Source of the DNA: Draconibacterium orientale
GTDB lineage: Bacteria > Bacteroidota > Bacteroidia > Bacteroidales > UBA1556
Direction of reading: 5' to 3'
Assembly: GCA_020718275.1 (NCBI GenBank)
Contig: DYSI01000001.1
Location: forward strand, 23,574-87,573
DNA: 64,000 bases
Position numbers and translations under genes: made by a program. The stretch's first letter is position 1. Every line of letters begins with the position of its first letter. The notes below the pieces were generated by a model. It worked only from the letters and a program-made list of their open reading frames with translations. It made no database searches and was not told the DNA's origin. Of this stretch, positions 35,756 through 47,556 are shown in pieces.

Positions 35756-36483
35756 AACCATTTTTAATAATCATATTTACTTTCTTCATGATTTCTTTCG
35801 TCTCAATCGATGATGAAACTAAGCAATTCGAGGTAAATGAATTACTTGGCAAAATAGACCCCACCAACCATCCTGATTTCGTTAAAATAGATTTGGTACA
35901 TACGGCAAAAAAAGACCAATATTTACGCAAAGCTACCTATCAAGCATTCTGTATTATGGCAGATTCCGCGCTCAAAGATGGTATAAAATTGATGATTGTT
36001 TCAGCCTTTAGAAGTTACGACAACCAAAAGAAAATATGGAATGCCAAATGGATTGGATCCACTAAAATAAATGAGGTGGATGTAGGGCTTTTATATCCTG
36101 ACCCAGTGGAACGAGCGGAGAAAATACTCCAATATTCTGCAATGCCAGGCAGTTCTCGACATCATTGGGGTACTGATATCGACATATACAGTGACGAAGA
36201 GTCCCATTTTAAAACTGGCGAAGGTTTGAAAATATACCAATGGCTTAGTAAGTATGCTCATCGTTTTGGTTTTTGTCAAGTTTATACCGCAGACCGTGTT
36301 TTTGGTTTTGAAGAAGAGCAATGGCATTGGAGTTATTTACCCACCGCAAAACTAATGTTAAACTCTTTCCGTAAACAAATAAATTACAGTCACTTCAATG
36401 ATTTCCACGGCGCAAAAACAGCCAAAGAAGTTAATTTAATAAGCTATTATATTGTGATGGGCATTAATCCAAACTGTAAATAA
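35752..36483 (+). CDS. M15-family D-alanyl-D-alanine carboxypeptidase (VanY-like)
   Basis: Signal/TM N-terminus. Motifs SAFRSYDNQ and SRHHWGTDIDI. Confidence 0.75.
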   Translation: MKPFLIIIFTFFMISFVSIDDETKQFEVNELLGKIDPTNHPDFVKIDLVHTAKKDQYLRKATYQAFCIMADSALKDGIKLMIVSAFRSYDNQKKIWNAKWIGSTKINEVDVGLLYPDPVERAEKILQYSAMPGSSRHHWGTDIDIYSDEESHFKTGEGLKIYQWLSKYAHRFGFCQVYTADRVFGFEEEQWHWSYLPTAKLMLNSFRKQINYSHFNDFHGAKTAKEVNLISYYIVMGINPNCK

Positions 36484-36571
36484 ATAGCAGTTTTGTTTGG
36501 CAGCCTAAAAGCTATATTAACGCTAAACCAGTACTCATTTTAACTAACTTTGCATTTTATTAATTTACAAT

Positions 36572-37948
36572 ATGGCACAGAAACCTAGTATTCCTAAAGG
36601 AACGCGAGACTTTTCACCATCCGAGATGGCCAAGAGAAACTATATCTTCGATAACATAAAAAGCGTCTATGAATTTTTTGGTTTTCGTCAGATTGAAACT
36701 CCAGCGATGGAGAATCTATCCACTTTACTTGGCAAATATGGAGAAGAAGGCGATAAATTGCTATTCAAAATTCTTAATTCTGGCGATTTTTTAAAAGAAG
36801 TGAACCTCAATGATGCAACTGTTCATAACGCTAGTACGATTACAACTAAAATATCAGAAAAAGGTTTAAGATATGATTTAACGGTTCCTTTCGCAAGATA
36901 TGTTGTTCAGCACCGAAACGAAATCCAATTTCCCTTTAAACGTTATCAAATACAGTCGGTATGGAGAGCAGATCGACCACAAAAAGGACGTTATCGCGAA
37001 TTTTTTCAATGCGATGCAGATGTTATTGGAAGCAACTCATTGTTGAATGAGCTTGAACTGATCCAAATCATTGACAATGTATTTAAGAAGCTAAATATCA
37101 ACGTAGTAATTAAGATTAACAATCGAAAAATCCTTGCTGGGATTGCCGAGCGTATAGGATTCCCTGAGTTACTAGTTGAAATTACCGTGGCCCTTGATAA
37201 ATTTGATAAAATTGGAGCAGAGGCTGTTATCGAAGAAATGACCAGCAAAGGAATTGATGAAAAAGCCATCGAGCAAATCAAACCCTTGATGAATTTGCAA
37301 AACATGAATGCCGCGCAAAAGCTAAGTTATCTAGCTACTTTTCTAGAGACTTCATCCATAGGCACAAAAGGAATAGCCGAAATTGAGGAAATACTTAATC
37401 TACTGAATCAGTTCAATATACACAACGAAATTGAAGTAGATTTAACCCTTGCAAGAGGATTAAATTATTATACCGGAGCCATTTTTGAGGTAGTGACCAA
37501 AGAAGTAAAAATGGGAAGCATCTGTGGAGGTGGAAGATATGATAATTTAACGGGTATATTCGGATTGAACGATGTTTCAGGGGTTGGAATTAGTTTTGGC
37601 GCTGACAGAATTTATGATGTTCTTACAGAACTCGACAGATTTCCAGACCTAAGTTTCAAGGGCACGCAAGTACTAATCCTTAACTTTGGAAAAAAAGAAG
37701 AACTAGAAGCCATTAGCATTTTAGAAAAGCTACGCCAAGCTGGTCTGAGGGCTGAACTTTTTCCAGATAGTGCAAAAATGAATAAACAAATGACCTACGC
37801 AAACCATCATAACATTCCTTTTGTGATTTTTGCTGGGGAATCTGAAATTCAAAGTGGGCTTCTAGGCCTCAAAAATATGAACAGTGGAATACAACAATCC
37901 CTGCAATTAGAAGAAATAATTAAACAAATAATTTCTATTGATAAATAA
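36572..37948 (+). CDS. hisS: Histidine--tRNA ligase
   Basis: Motifs [36 protein letters not shown] and GGGRYDNL. Confidence 0.95.
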   Translation: MAQKPSIPKGTRDFSPSEMAKRNYIFDNIKSVYEFFGFRQIETPAMENLSTLLGKYGEEGDKLLFKILNSGDFLKEVNLNDATVHNASTITTKISEKGLRYDLTVPFARYVVQHRNEIQFPFKRYQIQSVWRADRPQKGRYREFFQCDADVIGSNSLLNELELIQIIDNVFKKLNINVVIKINNRKILAGIAERIGFPELLVEITVALDKFDKIGAEAVIEEMTSKGIDEKAIEQIKPLMNLQNMNAAQKLSYLATFLETSSIGTKGIAEIEEILNLLNQFNIHNEIEVDLTLARGLNYYTGAIFEVVTKEVKMGSICGGGRYDNLTGIFGLNDVSGVGISFGADRIYDVLTELDRFPDLSFKGTQVLILNFGKKEELEAISILEKLRQAGLRAELFPDSAKMNKQMTYANHHNIPFVIFAGESEIQSGLLGLKNMNSGIQQSLQLEEIIKQIISIDK

Positions 37949-38057
37949 CAATCTTATAAAACCTTAAATTATAGCGTATGAAGTTGGAATCAAAGAGCAA
38001 ATGACTTATATTTGCATTCAACCAATTGCTCATTCTAAATACTTAAACTTAAAAATT

Positions 38058-39380
38058 ATGAAAGTAACTGTAGTCGGAACCGGATATGTCGGTCTAGTCA
38101 CCGGAGCGTGTTTAGCCGAGGTAGGAATAGATGTTACCTGTGTTGACATCGATGTTCGTAAAATTGAAAATCTAAATAAAGGTATTTTGCCGATTTGGGA
38201 ACCAGGGCTTGAATCCATTGTTAAAAGCAATTTCAAAGCCAATCGTTTACACTTTACCACTAATATTGGAGAAGTGGTTGGCGATTCAGATGTAATTTTT
38301 GGTGCAGTTGGAACTCCACCAGACGAAGATGGATCGGCCGACTTGCAGTATGTGCTTAATGTGGCTAGAGAAGTAGGTCGCTATATGACCAAATATTTGG
38401 TGATGGTTACCAAAAGCACTGTACCTGTGGGCACAGCAGCCAAAGTACGAAAAGCAATTCAAGAAGAGCTTGACAAAAGAGGAGTCAACATTCCTTTTGA
38501 TATGGCCTCAAATCCTGAATTTTTGAAAGAAGGTGATGCTGTAAACGATTTTCTAAAGCCCGATCGTATTGTGGTAGGTGTTGAAACCGAAAAAGCACAA
38601 GAAACTATGGCTCGTTTATACAAACCTTTCACCCTCAACGGTCATCCCGTTATTTTCATGGATGTCCCTTCGGCTGAGATGACAAAATATGCAGCTAACT
38701 CCATGCTCGCCACCAAAATTAGCTTTATGAATGACATTGCTAACCTTTGCGAAATAATGGGCGCCGATGTAAATATGGTCAGAAAAGGAATTGGTTCTGA
38801 CAGCAGAATTGGCCATAAATTTATATACCCAGGGATTGGATATGGTGGAAGTTGTTTTCCAAAAGATGTTAAAGCATTAATCAAAACCGCTGATGAAAAC
38901 AACTATTCCCTCCGAATTTTAAAAGCAGTTGAAGAAGTCAACGACAGTCAAAAATCTCGACTATTTTATAAATCGATGCAATATTTCAATAGTGATTTGA
39001 AAGGAAAAACAATTGCTCTTTGGGGATTATCGTTTAAACCTAAGACTGACGACATGCGCGAAGCACCTAGTTTGATTTTAATTGATCGCATTTTGGCAGA
39101 AGGCGCTAAGGTAAAGGCTTATGATCCAGTAGCAATGGAAGAAGCACATCGCAAAATCGGTGATAAAATTACTTATTCTGAGGATATGTATGGTGCTTTG
39201 GTTGATGCCGACGCCCTGATGCTTGTAACTGAATGGCCTGAATTTAGAATGCCAAATTTTGATGTCATGAAGAAACTTCTAAAAACTCATGTCATTTTCG
39301 ATGGTAGAAATATCTACGAAAGAGAATTTGTTGAGTCAAACGGCTTTGATTATTTTAATATCGGAACTGAAAAGAAATAA
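38058..39380 (+). CDS. ugd: UDP-glucose 6-dehydrogenase
   Basis: MKVTVVGTGYVGLVTGACLAEVG Rossmann motif and catalytic GGSCFPKDV. The ATG at 38058 is preferred over the track start at 38001. Confidence 0.9.
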   Translation: MKVTVVGTGYVGLVTGACLAEVGIDVTCVDIDVRKIENLNKGILPIWEPGLESIVKSNFKANRLHFTTNIGEVVGDSDVIFGAVGTPPDEDGSADLQYVLNVAREVGRYMTKYLVMVTKSTVPVGTAAKVRKAIQEELDKRGVNIPFDMASNPEFLKEGDAVNDFLKPDRIVVGVETEKAQETMARLYKPFTLNGHPVIFMDVPSAEMTKYAANSMLATKISFMNDIANLCEIMGADVNMVRKGIGSDSRIGHKFIYPGIGYGGSCFPKDVKALIKTADENNYSLRILKAVEEVNDSQKSRLFYKSMQYFNSDLKGKTIALWGLSFKPKTDDMREAPSLILIDRILAEGAKVKAYDPVAMEEAHRKIGDKITYSEDMYGALVDADALMLVTEWPEFRMPNFDVMKKLLKTHVIFDGRNIYEREFVESNGFDYFNIGTEKK

Positions 39381-39397
39381 TAATTTCTGTCAATATT

Positions 39398-39443
39398 AGA
39401 AGCCATTTTTCTTAGATAATAGAAAAATGGCTTCTTTATTTTG
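39398..39443 (+). terminator. Rho-independent terminator after ugd
   Basis: 15-bp perfect stem AGAAGCCATTTTTCT (39398-39412) / AGAAAAATGGCTTCT (39421-39435), then TTATTTT. Confidence 0.75.
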
Positions 39444-39467
39444 GCTAATTTAAGCTAAAATAAACCG

Positions 39468-40268
39468 CTAATTTCGTTTACGAATTACAATGGCATAATG
39501 CAAACCTAGCCAAGTATTTAAAGGTCGCAATAAAAATTCTTTAGCGCGCAAAATGGGGCTCATCCAATCAGGCAGCAAAGACCTAAAATTCAGCCCGCCC
39601 GAAATCAAATAGCGTAAATAATTATTCATTACCGCGGTTTTTACAATTTCCAAATCAGGGAATTCATGCTCAAAAACTTTACGGTCGCGTACAAAAACTA
39701 TCCATGATAGGGCTTGATTGGCGCCCTGCATAATACTAGAATCCGACTCCCAGCTTAACTGTTTTGGATCAAATATTTCAGTATCAAATAAGTTTTGGTA
39801 CATTTTAGCGGCAATTGGACCATAATAAGGTTCAATCAGAACACAGCCGCCACCAGGTTTTAAGGTGCGTTGGAGTTCCGAAAAAAAGCGACGAGGCTTA
39901 GGAAAATGATGAAAACAATTTAAACCATAGAATGCTCCTACTGTTTCGTTTTCCAAATCCATATTCAAAGCATCTAAAACTCGATCTAAATTTTTTGCGG
40001 ACTTAATATCCGTGGAAATAATATGTGGATATACTTCCTTAAAAAAACTCACTCCTGCCCCAATTTCAATACGCAAACCCGATGGATTAAAATAAGCTTG
40101 ATCCGTGTTAATACAAAAATCGTAAAACCCTCGAAAGACTTGATTCATCATGGGTTTTTCGATCATAATTTGTCGATGAATTTCGAGCAAATGGTCGCTA
40201 TCCACGTCTACTGATTTCAATCTCGGGTCAGATAGCAGTCGAATAATAGGTTTTAGAAAGCTGCTCAT
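39468..40268 (-). CDS. Class I SAM-dependent methyltransferase
   Basis: RIEIGAGVSFF (motif I-like) and LKPGGGCVLIEPY. Confidence 0.7.
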   Translation of the reverse strand: MSSFLKPIIRLLSDPRLKSVDVDSDHLLEIHRQIMIEKPMMNQVFRGFYDFCINTDQAYFNPSGLRIEIGAGVSFFKEVYPHIISTDIKSAKNLDRVLDALNMDLENETVGAFYGLNCFHHFPKPRRFFSELQRTLKPGGGCVLIEPYYGPIAAKMYQNLFDTEIFDPKQLSWESDSSIMQGANQALSWIVFVRDRKVFEHEFPDLEIVKTAVMNNYLRYLISGGLNFRSLLPDWMSPILRAKEFLLRPLNTWLGLHYAIVIRKRN

Positions 40269-41492
40269 TTAGCGGTACGTTACTAACATTAAATTTAGAT
40301 CTTGAAAACTCAGGCCAAAACGTTTGGCGATCTCTCCAAAAGTAAGTTTTCCGTTGAAAAGATAAATTCCCTTTCTGATTCCCCAATCCTGCACAAGCAT
40401 TTGATTGATACCTCCCACTTCAGCCATTTCCAAGATGAAGGGTGCAAAATAATTACTCAAAGCATAGGAAGCAGTATGTGGGGTACGGGAAGAGATATTA
40501 GGAACGCAATAATGGGTAACGTCCATTTTTTGGTAAACGGGAAACAAATGATTAGTCTCGTGAGAGGTTTCAAAACAGCCACCTTGATCAATACTAACAT
40601 CGATAATTACACTTCCTTTCTTCATTTTACTCACCATCTCTTCGCTAACCACTGGCATAGCACTTTCGCCCCGAATATATAAGGCGCCAATGGCAACATC
40701 AGCGGTAGTTAAAGCTTGCCTCAAAACATCAGGCTGGATGATAGAAGTAAAAATATTAGTGTTTAAGTTATTTTGTAGTCTACGCAATTTAGAAATCGAA
40801 TTATCAAAAACTTTCACCAATGCACCTAAGCCAATTGCAATTCTGGCAGCAGATTCTGCCACCGTTCCTGCACCAAGGATAACCACTTCGGAAGGATTAA
40901 TCCCTGTAAAACCGCCAAGTAATTTTCCTCTACCCCACTGTGGATGACTTAAATATTCGGAAGCAATTAGAATCGAAGTGGTGCCAACAATTTCGGATAT
41001 TGCATGTAGCACAGGGTTTTCGTTGAGATTATTGCGGATATGTTCATAAGAAAGGGCAGTCACTTTTTTTTGCATCAGTGATTTATAAAACTCCTTTGTC
41101 TGAGCCCTTTGGTGCAAGGCGGAAATTAGCAACAAACGTTCTTTCATCATTTGGATTTCGCTCAGGGTGGGTGGTGCTACCTTCAAAACAATATCAGATT
41201 GATAAATTGTTTCAGCTTGATCCACTAACTCCACGCCTGCCTCCGCATATAATCTATCCTCGAAATTAGCTGGAATGCCAGCACCTCGCTCAACCAACAC
41301 GCGATGTCCATTTTCGACCAGCAAAGCGGCGGCAGAGGGAACTAAGGCAACTCGCTTTTCCTGCAATACAGTCTCTTTGGGTACCCCAATCAGAAATTTT
41401 TGATTGCCCGTTTTCTTTTGAAGCAACTCTTCTTGTGGCATTAAATGTTCGACAGCAGACAAGCGCACAAATGGTTGATTTTGATTGGCCAT
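40269..41492 (-). CDS. Alanine dehydrogenase / PNT-family NAD-dependent dehydrogenase
   Basis: VPKETVLQEKRVALVP N-terminal domain and VVILGAGTVAESAARIAIGLGA Rossmann motif. Confidence 0.75.
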   Translation of the reverse strand: MANQNQPFVRLSAVEHLMPQEELLQKKTGNQKFLIGVPKETVLQEKRVALVPSAAALLVENGHRVLVERGAGIPANFEDRLYAEAGVELVDQAETIYQSDIVLKVAPPTLSEIQMMKERLLLISALHQRAQTKEFYKSLMQKKVTALSYEHIRNNLNENPVLHAISEIVGTTSILIASEYLSHPQWGRGKLLGGFTGINPSEVVILGAGTVAESAARIAIGLGALVKVFDNSISKLRRLQNNLNTNIFTSIIQPDVLRQALTTADVAIGALYIRGESAMPVVSEEMVSKMKKGSVIIDVSIDQGGCFETSHETNHLFPVYQKMDVTHYCVPNISSRTPHTASYALSNYFAPFILEMAEVGGINQMLVQDWGIRKGIYLFNGKLTFGEIAKRFGLSFQDLNLMLVTYR

Positions 41493-41650
41493 ATTTGAGG
41501 GTTTTTAGATAGCCAAAATTAATAAAAAAAACCAGCAAGTGCAATAAGCTAATTTCTTTGTGTGGAATATCTTTTTATGCATCACAGTATAACTTTGCAC
41601 CTATCAAAAAATACTTATTTTTGCTCCATTAATAACTAAAAACTAAAAAA

Positions 41651-42505
41651 ATGAATATGAATCAGAATCACGGTCCTCAAGGAGAAATTAATATGAAAAA
41701 AGTTTTTCCAGTTGCTATCATTATTGGCATCATCCTAGTACTTGTACTTTTCTGGAGCAGAATGACGGTAACCATTGATGCAGGAAGAGCTGGAGTAATC
41801 TTCAATACTTTTGCGAACGGTATCAATCTTAATCAAGCACCCCTAGGAGAGGGCTTTCATTTTATTGCGCCATGGAATAAAGTCTCCATCTACGACGTTC
41901 GTCAAAAAGAAAAAGCAGAAACGATGAAAATGCTTTCTGCCAATGGTTTGGAAATAGAAATTGATGTATCTGCATGGTTTAGACCAATTGAATCTAAATT
42001 GCCAAATTTGCACAAAATAATCGGAAAAGATTATGAATCTCAAATAGTAGTTCCAGCAATCCGCGCAGCGGCTAGAAGTGTTATTGGACGCTACACGCCA
42101 GAAGAAATTTACTCGACCAAACGGGATGCAATTCAAAAAGAAATATTTGACGAAACAAAGAAAATCTTGGATGTTAAATACATCGATTTAGATCGGATGT
42201 TGATTCGCTCTGTTATTCTGCCTACTACCATCAAGAATGCTATTGAAAGCAAATTGCAACAAGAACAATTAGCCCTTGAATACGAATTCAAACTGCAACG
42301 AGCTTCAAAAGAAGCTGAACGTCAAAGAATTGCTGCTGAAGGTGAAGCCGTGGCTAATAAAATCATCAACAGTAGCTTAACAGATAATTTACTCAAAATG
42401 CGTGGTATTGAAGCCACCATTAAATTATCAGAATCAAAAAATGCTAAAACAGTTATTATTGGTAATGCAAAAGATGGAATGCCATTAATTTTAGGAAATA
42501 ACTAA
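41651..42505 (+). CDS. SPFH/Band 7 (prohibitin-like) membrane protein
   Basis: N-terminal TM followed by an SPFH core and a coiled coil (QQEQLALEYEFKLQRASKEAERQRIAAEGEA). An alternative start lies at 41693. Confidence 0.8.
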   Translation: MNMNQNHGPQGEINMKKVFPVAIIIGIILVLVLFWSRMTVTIDAGRAGVIFNTFANGINLNQAPLGEGFHFIAPWNKVSIYDVRQKEKAETMKMLSANGLEIEIDVSAWFRPIESKLPNLHKIIGKDYESQIVVPAIRAAARSVIGRYTPEEIYSTKRDAIQKEIFDETKKILDVKYIDLDRMLIRSVILPTTIKNAIESKLQQEQLALEYEFKLQRASKEAERQRIAAEGEAVANKIINSSLTDNLLKMRGIEATIKLSESKNAKTVIIGNAKDGMPLILGNN

Positions 42506-42562
42506 TGGCTAATGCTCGAAGTAGTTATCTTCAGTGATGCAGTAAATTAATTTAGTAAAAAA

Positions 42563-42602
42563 GGCAAGCAATTCATAATAAACGAATTGCTTGCCTTTTT
42601 TT
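42563..42602. terminator. Bidirectional terminator between convergent SPFH and tatC genes
   Basis: GGCAAGCAATTC (42563-42574) pairs with GAATTGCTTGCC (42584-42595), flanked by A and T runs. Confidence 0.75.
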
Positions 42603-42677
42603 ATCTTCAGATACAAGTCTATCAAACAGGTGATATTTACTCAATAAAATGAATTAACCGACCCGCCAATAATAAAA

Positions 42678-43508
42678 TTAAAGGTCTTTAACCGCTTTTT
42701 TCTCTACTCGTCTTGCCACCATGATGCTGATTTCATAGAGTAATAACAAGGGGAAAGAAACAAGGAATTGACTAAAAACATCAGGTGGGGTGATAATAGC
42801 AGCTAAAATAAAAATGATTACAACTGCATGTTTTCGGTATTGCTTTAGAAATTTAGGGGTAACAATTCCCATTTTTGCTAAGAAATAAATCAAAACAGGT
42901 AATTGAAAAACTAATCCCGTGGATAAGGCAATCATCACCACCATCGAAATATAAGAATCCAATTTTATAGTATTTTCAATATCAGGACTTAGTGTCCAAT
43001 TGCTAAGAAAGTCGATAGAAAGTGGCGTAATAATGAAATAGCCGAAAGAAATACCTAAAAGAAAAAGAAAAGTGGTAATAAAAACGAAGCCTCGAACTCC
43101 TTTTCGCTCTTTAATAGTTAAAGCTGGCCTAATAAAAACCCACAATTCAGTGAGTAAGTAGGGCATAGCAATCACCAATCCAGCAATGAGCGATATCATC
43201 ATATTATTTCGAAACTGGCCTCCCATTTCAAAATTATTAAGTTTAAAGTTGGTTTGATTAATACACAAACCACTAACAGAGAGTAAGTCGCCTAACTGAC
43301 AAAATAATCGATTAGAAATAAAATCAGGATTTTTGGGTCCTAGAATGATGATGTTATACACGAAATCTGTAAAGTAAAAAGCCAAAAAAGCAAACACAAT
43401 AATCACAGCAAATGAACGCATCAGGGCAAATCTCAAAACATCGAGATGATCCCAAAAACTCATTTCCACCTGTGCTGGTTGAACTTTTTTGGCTTTTTTA
43501 AACAGCAT
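42678..43508 (-). CDS. tatC: Twin-arginine translocase subunit TatC
   Basis: MSFWDHLDVLR start region and a six-TM layout typical of TatC. Confidence 0.9.
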   Translation of the reverse strand: MLFKKAKKVQPAQVEMSFWDHLDVLRFALMRSFAVIIVFAFLAFYFTDFVYNIIILGPKNPDFISNRLFCQLGDLLSVSGLCINQTNFKLNNFEMGGQFRNNMMISLIAGLVIAMPYLLTELWVFIRPALTIKERKGVRGFVFITTFLFLLGISFGYFIITPLSIDFLSNWTLSPDIENTIKLDSYISMVVMIALSTGLVFQLPVLIYFLAKMGIVTPKFLKQYRKHAVVIIFILAAIITPPDVFSQFLVSFPLLLLYEISIMVARRVEKKAVKDL

Positions 43509-43519
43509 TATTTTGAGGC

Positions 43520-43726
43520 TTATTTCTTGAGCTCTTTGGTTGGATCGACACTTTTAATATCGTCTTCAATCCCTTTAGTAGCATCTTTAAACTCTTTCAT
43601 GCCTTTTCCTAGCCCACGCATTAGTTCTGGAATTTTTTTTCCTCCGAAAAGTAACAATACTACAACTAAAATTATTATAATCTCGTTTGGGCCAATAGCA
43701 CCTAATAAAATGAAGTTCATATTCAT
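43520..43726 (-). CDS. tatA: Twin-arginine translocase subunit TatA/E
   Basis: [34 protein letters not shown]. The start at 43726 (or 43720) is preferred over the track start at 43777. Confidence 0.85.
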   Translation of the reverse strand: MNMNFILLGAIGPNEIIIILVVVLLLFGGKKIPELMRGLGKGMKEFKDATKGIEDDIKSVDPTKELKK

Positions 43727-43972
43727 AAATTCTAAAAAAACATTTAAATAAAAAGTATTCTCAAATTTACCTAGCAAGAGGTTTATTGTGCAACAGTTAA
43801 AAAATCTTATTGTGATAATTGCAAAATCTAAGCAAATACCATTTAGATTTCTGTGGCAAAGATAGTCCTATTTCGAGTGCTGTTTTCAATCTAGAAGGCG
43901 ATTTTCAGCAAGGGTTTAGTGGAAAATTACTTTTTCCGGTAAATCTTATATACTAGATAACCTATCCCGACT

Positions 43973-43997
43973 AAAAAATGTAGGATTACAATTCCTA
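43973..43997 (-). terminator. Terminator after the LysM/PBP gene (minus strand)
   Basis: The minus strand reads GTAGGAATTGTAATCCTAC followed by ATTTTTT. Confidence 0.5.
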
Positions 43998-44020
43998 CTA
44001 TAATGAAAATGAATAAATTA

Positions 44021-45916
44021 CTACCGCGCATGAGAAGGTTTATAGCTTTTTAATAATTTCTGATAATTATCATATTGTACAACGTTGGTATAATAATTTT
44101 GAAAAACACCAGCTGAAATAGGTTTAAAATCAAAAGCAGTATGCATTGTTTTTGCCTGAACTTCATTAATGCATTTATCGAAATCTTGTCCGAAATATAG
44201 CAATGCATGTCCAAAAAACCAAGTTACATCGTAGCCTAAATAGCCCATCTTTGGAGGTGTTTTTTTGTATGTTTTATAAAAATGATCATCAAAAGACTTT
44301 ACCAATAAGCTATCCTCATAATCAACATTAAAATCAGTGGAGAAGGTATAGTGTAAATCATTCAAATAGTTCAATTCTAGGGTTGTAAATTTGGACCAAG
44401 ACTTTTCTATTCCCATTACCATAATAGAGAACTCTTTCTTCTTGAGATTAAGCTGACGTAGGAAATTGCTTATAGTAGCCTCATTTTCAACAAGATTAAA
44501 GACCACATTTATTTTCTTAGCGTCCAATGAATTCATTAAATTGGTAAACCCAGCATTTTTATAGTTATAAATGTAAACTCTACTGGTATCAATTCTTAAG
44601 TTAGAAGCATAAAGTGCCTTTTTCAGGTTTTTAAGGCGCTGAATTTCAGCATCTGAACCGTTATGAATGATAGAAATGCGATAATTTGGGAGGCTATCTT
44701 GGATATATTTACCTAAAGCATAGTAATTTCTAATCTCACTAGTTTTTACAAAAAAGGTTTTTGCACCAAAAGAAGCCGCATCTAAATCATCAAAAAGATC
44801 CACACAATGAATATTGTATTTAGCGGCAGCGGCCAAAACTTGGGAAGAATTGGATGAATGAAAAGGGCCAATTACCAAATCTAACTCCTTGAATATAGGT
44901 ATTTTGATAATTGAATCAACCGTTTGCTTATCAAATTTTGTATCCCAGACATATATTTCAGCCTTCAAACCCAACTGCTTCAAGGAGTCTAAAGCTAGTT
45001 TTGCACCTTGATAAAATTCAATAAATTTGAAAGATTTATATTCCTCACTGCGTTTAATTAAGTACGAATTTTCTATTTGAATTTGGCTATTAAGTTCGGT
45101 AAAAAGGGGAACCATAATTCCAATTTTGTAGGTTCGATTAGAGACCTGAGGATTGCATTTTAATCTTTGATTTGGCTTTTCATTTTTAACAATTATCTCT
45201 TCAGCAAGTTTCTCCTCTTTTACAGTTGGACCCGTGGTTACGAGGGTATCAGCAACCCCTTCAAAAGAGTTTAATTTAGGCACTTTTATCACAAGTCCTT
45301 TTTTGAGCCCTGAGCTTTTCAATTCAGGATTTATTTCTTCCAAATCTTCCTGTGATAAAGAAAATTTCTTGTGTAGTCGATAATAATTATCCTTATTCCG
45401 AAGGGTATATTCTTCTAATTCGCCCCACTTATTGAGTAAATTATCTTGCTGAATTTTCTGCTGACTAGGGATCAAAATCCATTGATTGAGCTTTAATTGA
45501 TCAGTCAAATCTGGATTATAACGCTGCAAATCGCCCAATGTCAATTGATATTTTTTCAAAACAGCAAACATTGTTTCCCCTTTAAGCACCTGATGATAGG
45601 AAAAGCCATCGGGGGCGATTTTAGTCACTTTTGTTTGAGGCATTTCAGATTGAGGAATTGGAATTTTAAGGGTTTGACCCACTTTTAATCCTTGTGCTGC
45701 TTCTGGATTAGTTTTTATCAGAATATCTGAACTCACACCATAAGCCAGCGAAATCCGATATAGATTTTCGCCTTTAGCCACATGATGCAGCAAGAAATTT
45801 TGCCCAGAAGCATCTTGAACAGCTTCGGTAGATTTAACAATTGTAACCTGTGCTTGAATCTCTTGTGCAAAAACAAGTAAAAAAGAAATAAGAATTAACT
45901 GAAAAACTACACGCAT
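44021..45916 (-). CDS. LysM-repeat protein fused to a periplasmic-binding-protein-like (type 1) domain
   Basis: Signal peptide from the ATG at 45916. Three LysM-like repeats (HHVAKGENLYRISLAYGVS, HQVLKGETMFAVLKKYQLT, YTLRNKDNYYRLHKKFSLS). The C-terminal ~350 aa are PBP-like. Confidence 0.7.
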   Translation of the reverse strand: MRVVFQLILISFLLVFAQEIQAQVTIVKSTEAVQDASGQNFLLHHVAKGENLYRISLAYGVSSDILIKTNPEAAQGLKVGQTLKIPIPQSEMPQTKVTKIAPDGFSYHQVLKGETMFAVLKKYQLTLGDLQRYNPDLTDQLKLNQWILIPSQQKIQQDNLLNKWGELEEYTLRNKDNYYRLHKKFSLSQEDLEEINPELKSSGLKKGLVIKVPKLNSFEGVADTLVTTGPTVKEEKLAEEIIVKNEKPNQRLKCNPQVSNRTYKIGIMVPLFTELNSQIQIENSYLIKRSEEYKSFKFIEFYQGAKLALDSLKQLGLKAEIYVWDTKFDKQTVDSIIKIPIFKELDLVIGPFHSSNSSQVLAAAAKYNIHCVDLFDDLDAASFGAKTFFVKTSEIRNYYALGKYIQDSLPNYRISIIHNGSDAEIQRLKNLKKALYASNLRIDTSRVYIYNYKNAGFTNLMNSLDAKKINVVFNLVENEATISNFLRQLNLKKKEFSIMVMGIEKSWSKFTTLELNYLNDLHYTFSTDFNVDYEDSLLVKSFDDHFYKTYKKTPPKMGYLGYDVTWFFGHALLYFGQDFDKCINEVQAKTMHTAFDFKPISAGVFQNYYTNVVQYDNYQKLLKSYKPSHAR

Positions 45917-45953
45917 GGCTCTACAATTTAAAAAAAATGAATCAAGATAATTG

Positions 45954-47483
45954 CTATTCCCATTCAATGGTAGCAGGAGGTTTAGAGCTTATGTCATAAA
46001 CTACTCTATTAACTCCTTTAACTTTATTGATAATTTCGTTTGACATTTTAGCCAAAAACTCATAGGGTAAATGAACCCAATCAGCGGTCATTCCATCCGT
46101 TGATTCCACTGCTCGCAAAGCAACCACTTGTTCATAAGTACGTTCATCCCCCATTACTCCTACCGATTGAATCGGCAAAAGGATAGCCCCTGCCTGCCAC
46201 ACTTGATCATACAAGCCAAACTCCTTGAGTCCATTAATAAAAATCGCGTCCACTTCCTGCAAAATCTGAACTTTTGCCGGAGTAATATCACCGAGAATAC
46301 GAATTCCTAATCCAGGTCCAGGAAAAGGATGGCGACCTAATAAATCACGCTTAATGCCTAAGGCACTTCCCACTCTACGCACTTCATCTTTGAATAAAGT
46401 TTTGAGTGGCTCAATAATTTTAAGGGTCATATAGGCTGGTAAACCACCCACATTGTGATGCGACTTGATGGTGGCAGAAGGTCCTTTAACAGAAATAGAT
46501 TCGATAACATCAGGATAAATGGTGCCTTGCGCTAACCATTTTACATCTTCAATTCGGTTACTTTCATGATCGAAGACTTCAATAAAGGTTTTTCCAATAG
46601 CCTTTCTTTTCGCTTCGGGTTCGATAAGGCCATCTAAAGTAGCATAAAATTTTGATTTAGCATCCACCCCATGCACATTTAATCCCATATTATGATAAGA
46701 ATGAAGCACCTCTTCGAATTCATTTTTGCGCAGCAATCCATTGTCAACAAAAATACAATACAATTGATTTCCAATAGCTTTCTGAAGTAGCACAGCAGCC
46801 ACAGTGGAGTCTACACCACCCGAAAGTCCGAGTACTACTTTCTCATCCCCTACAGTTGCTTTCAGTTCGCGAACTGTGGTTTCGATAAAAGAATCAGGCG
46901 TCCAATTTTGAATACAACCACAAATATCCACCACATAATTCTTAAGTAGAATGCTGCCTTCTTTGGAATGGTACACTTCAGGATGAAACTGAATTCCGTA
47001 AGTAGGTTCCCCCTTAATTTTGTACCCAGCTACCGATACATCTGAGGTGCTACTGATAATTTCAAAGTTATCGGGAATCGTAGTGATTGTATCGCCATGC
47101 GACATCCAAACTTGACTTCCATTCGACATTCCTTTAACAAGTTCATTTTCCGAATTTAAGAAAGCTAAATTAGCCCTTCCATATTCGCGACTAGCAGAAG
47201 GAAGTACGTTTCCACCTTCAACTTGGGCTAAATATTGTGCACCATAACATACACCTAACAAAGGTTTTAGCCCTCGTATTTGGCTCAAATCTGGCATTGG
47301 GGCTTGCGCATCTCTTACCGAGAAAGGACTTCCTGAAAGGATTACTCCCTTGAAAATACTCATATCGGAAGGAATATGATTGAAAGGGTGTATCTCGCAG
47401 TATACATTTAATTCACGCACCCGCCTGGCTATTAGTTGGGTATACTGTGACCCAAAATCTAAAATTAAAATTGCATTGTTCAT
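45954..47483 (-). CDS. guaA: GMP synthase (glutamine-hydrolysing)
   Basis: Motifs [29 protein letters not shown] and a C-terminal PPATIEWE. The start at 47483 is preferred. Confidence 0.95.
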   Translation of the reverse strand: MNNAILILDFGSQYTQLIARRVRELNVYCEIHPFNHIPSDMSIFKGVILSGSPFSVRDAQAPMPDLSQIRGLKPLLGVCYGAQYLAQVEGGNVLPSASREYGRANLAFLNSENELVKGMSNGSQVWMSHGDTITTIPDNFEIISSTSDVSVAGYKIKGEPTYGIQFHPEVYHSKEGSILLKNYVVDICGCIQNWTPDSFIETTVRELKATVGDEKVVLGLSGGVDSTVAAVLLQKAIGNQLYCIFVDNGLLRKNEFEEVLHSYHNMGLNVHGVDAKSKFYATLDGLIEPEAKRKAIGKTFIEVFDHESNRIEDVKWLAQGTIYPDVIESISVKGPSATIKSHHNVGGLPAYMTLKIIEPLKTLFKDEVRRVGSALGIKRDLLGRHPFPGPGLGIRILGDITPAKVQILQEVDAIFINGLKEFGLYDQVWQAGAILLPIQSVGVMGDERTYEQVVALRAVESTDGMTADWVHLPYEFLAKMSNEIINKVKGVNRVVYDISSKPPATIEWE

Positions 47484-47512
47484 GCTGCAAAAGTACAAAA
47501 ACGGTCTATAAA

Positions 47513-47556
47513 AATAAAAAAAAGAACAGCCCTCAATTTGGGATGATGAGGGCTGT
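47513..47556 (-). terminator. Terminator downstream of the helicase gene (minus strand)
   Basis: ACAGCCCTCA (47526-47535) pairs with TGAGGGCTGT (47547-47556). It is followed on the minus strand by a T-rich run (47513-47525). Confidence 0.55.
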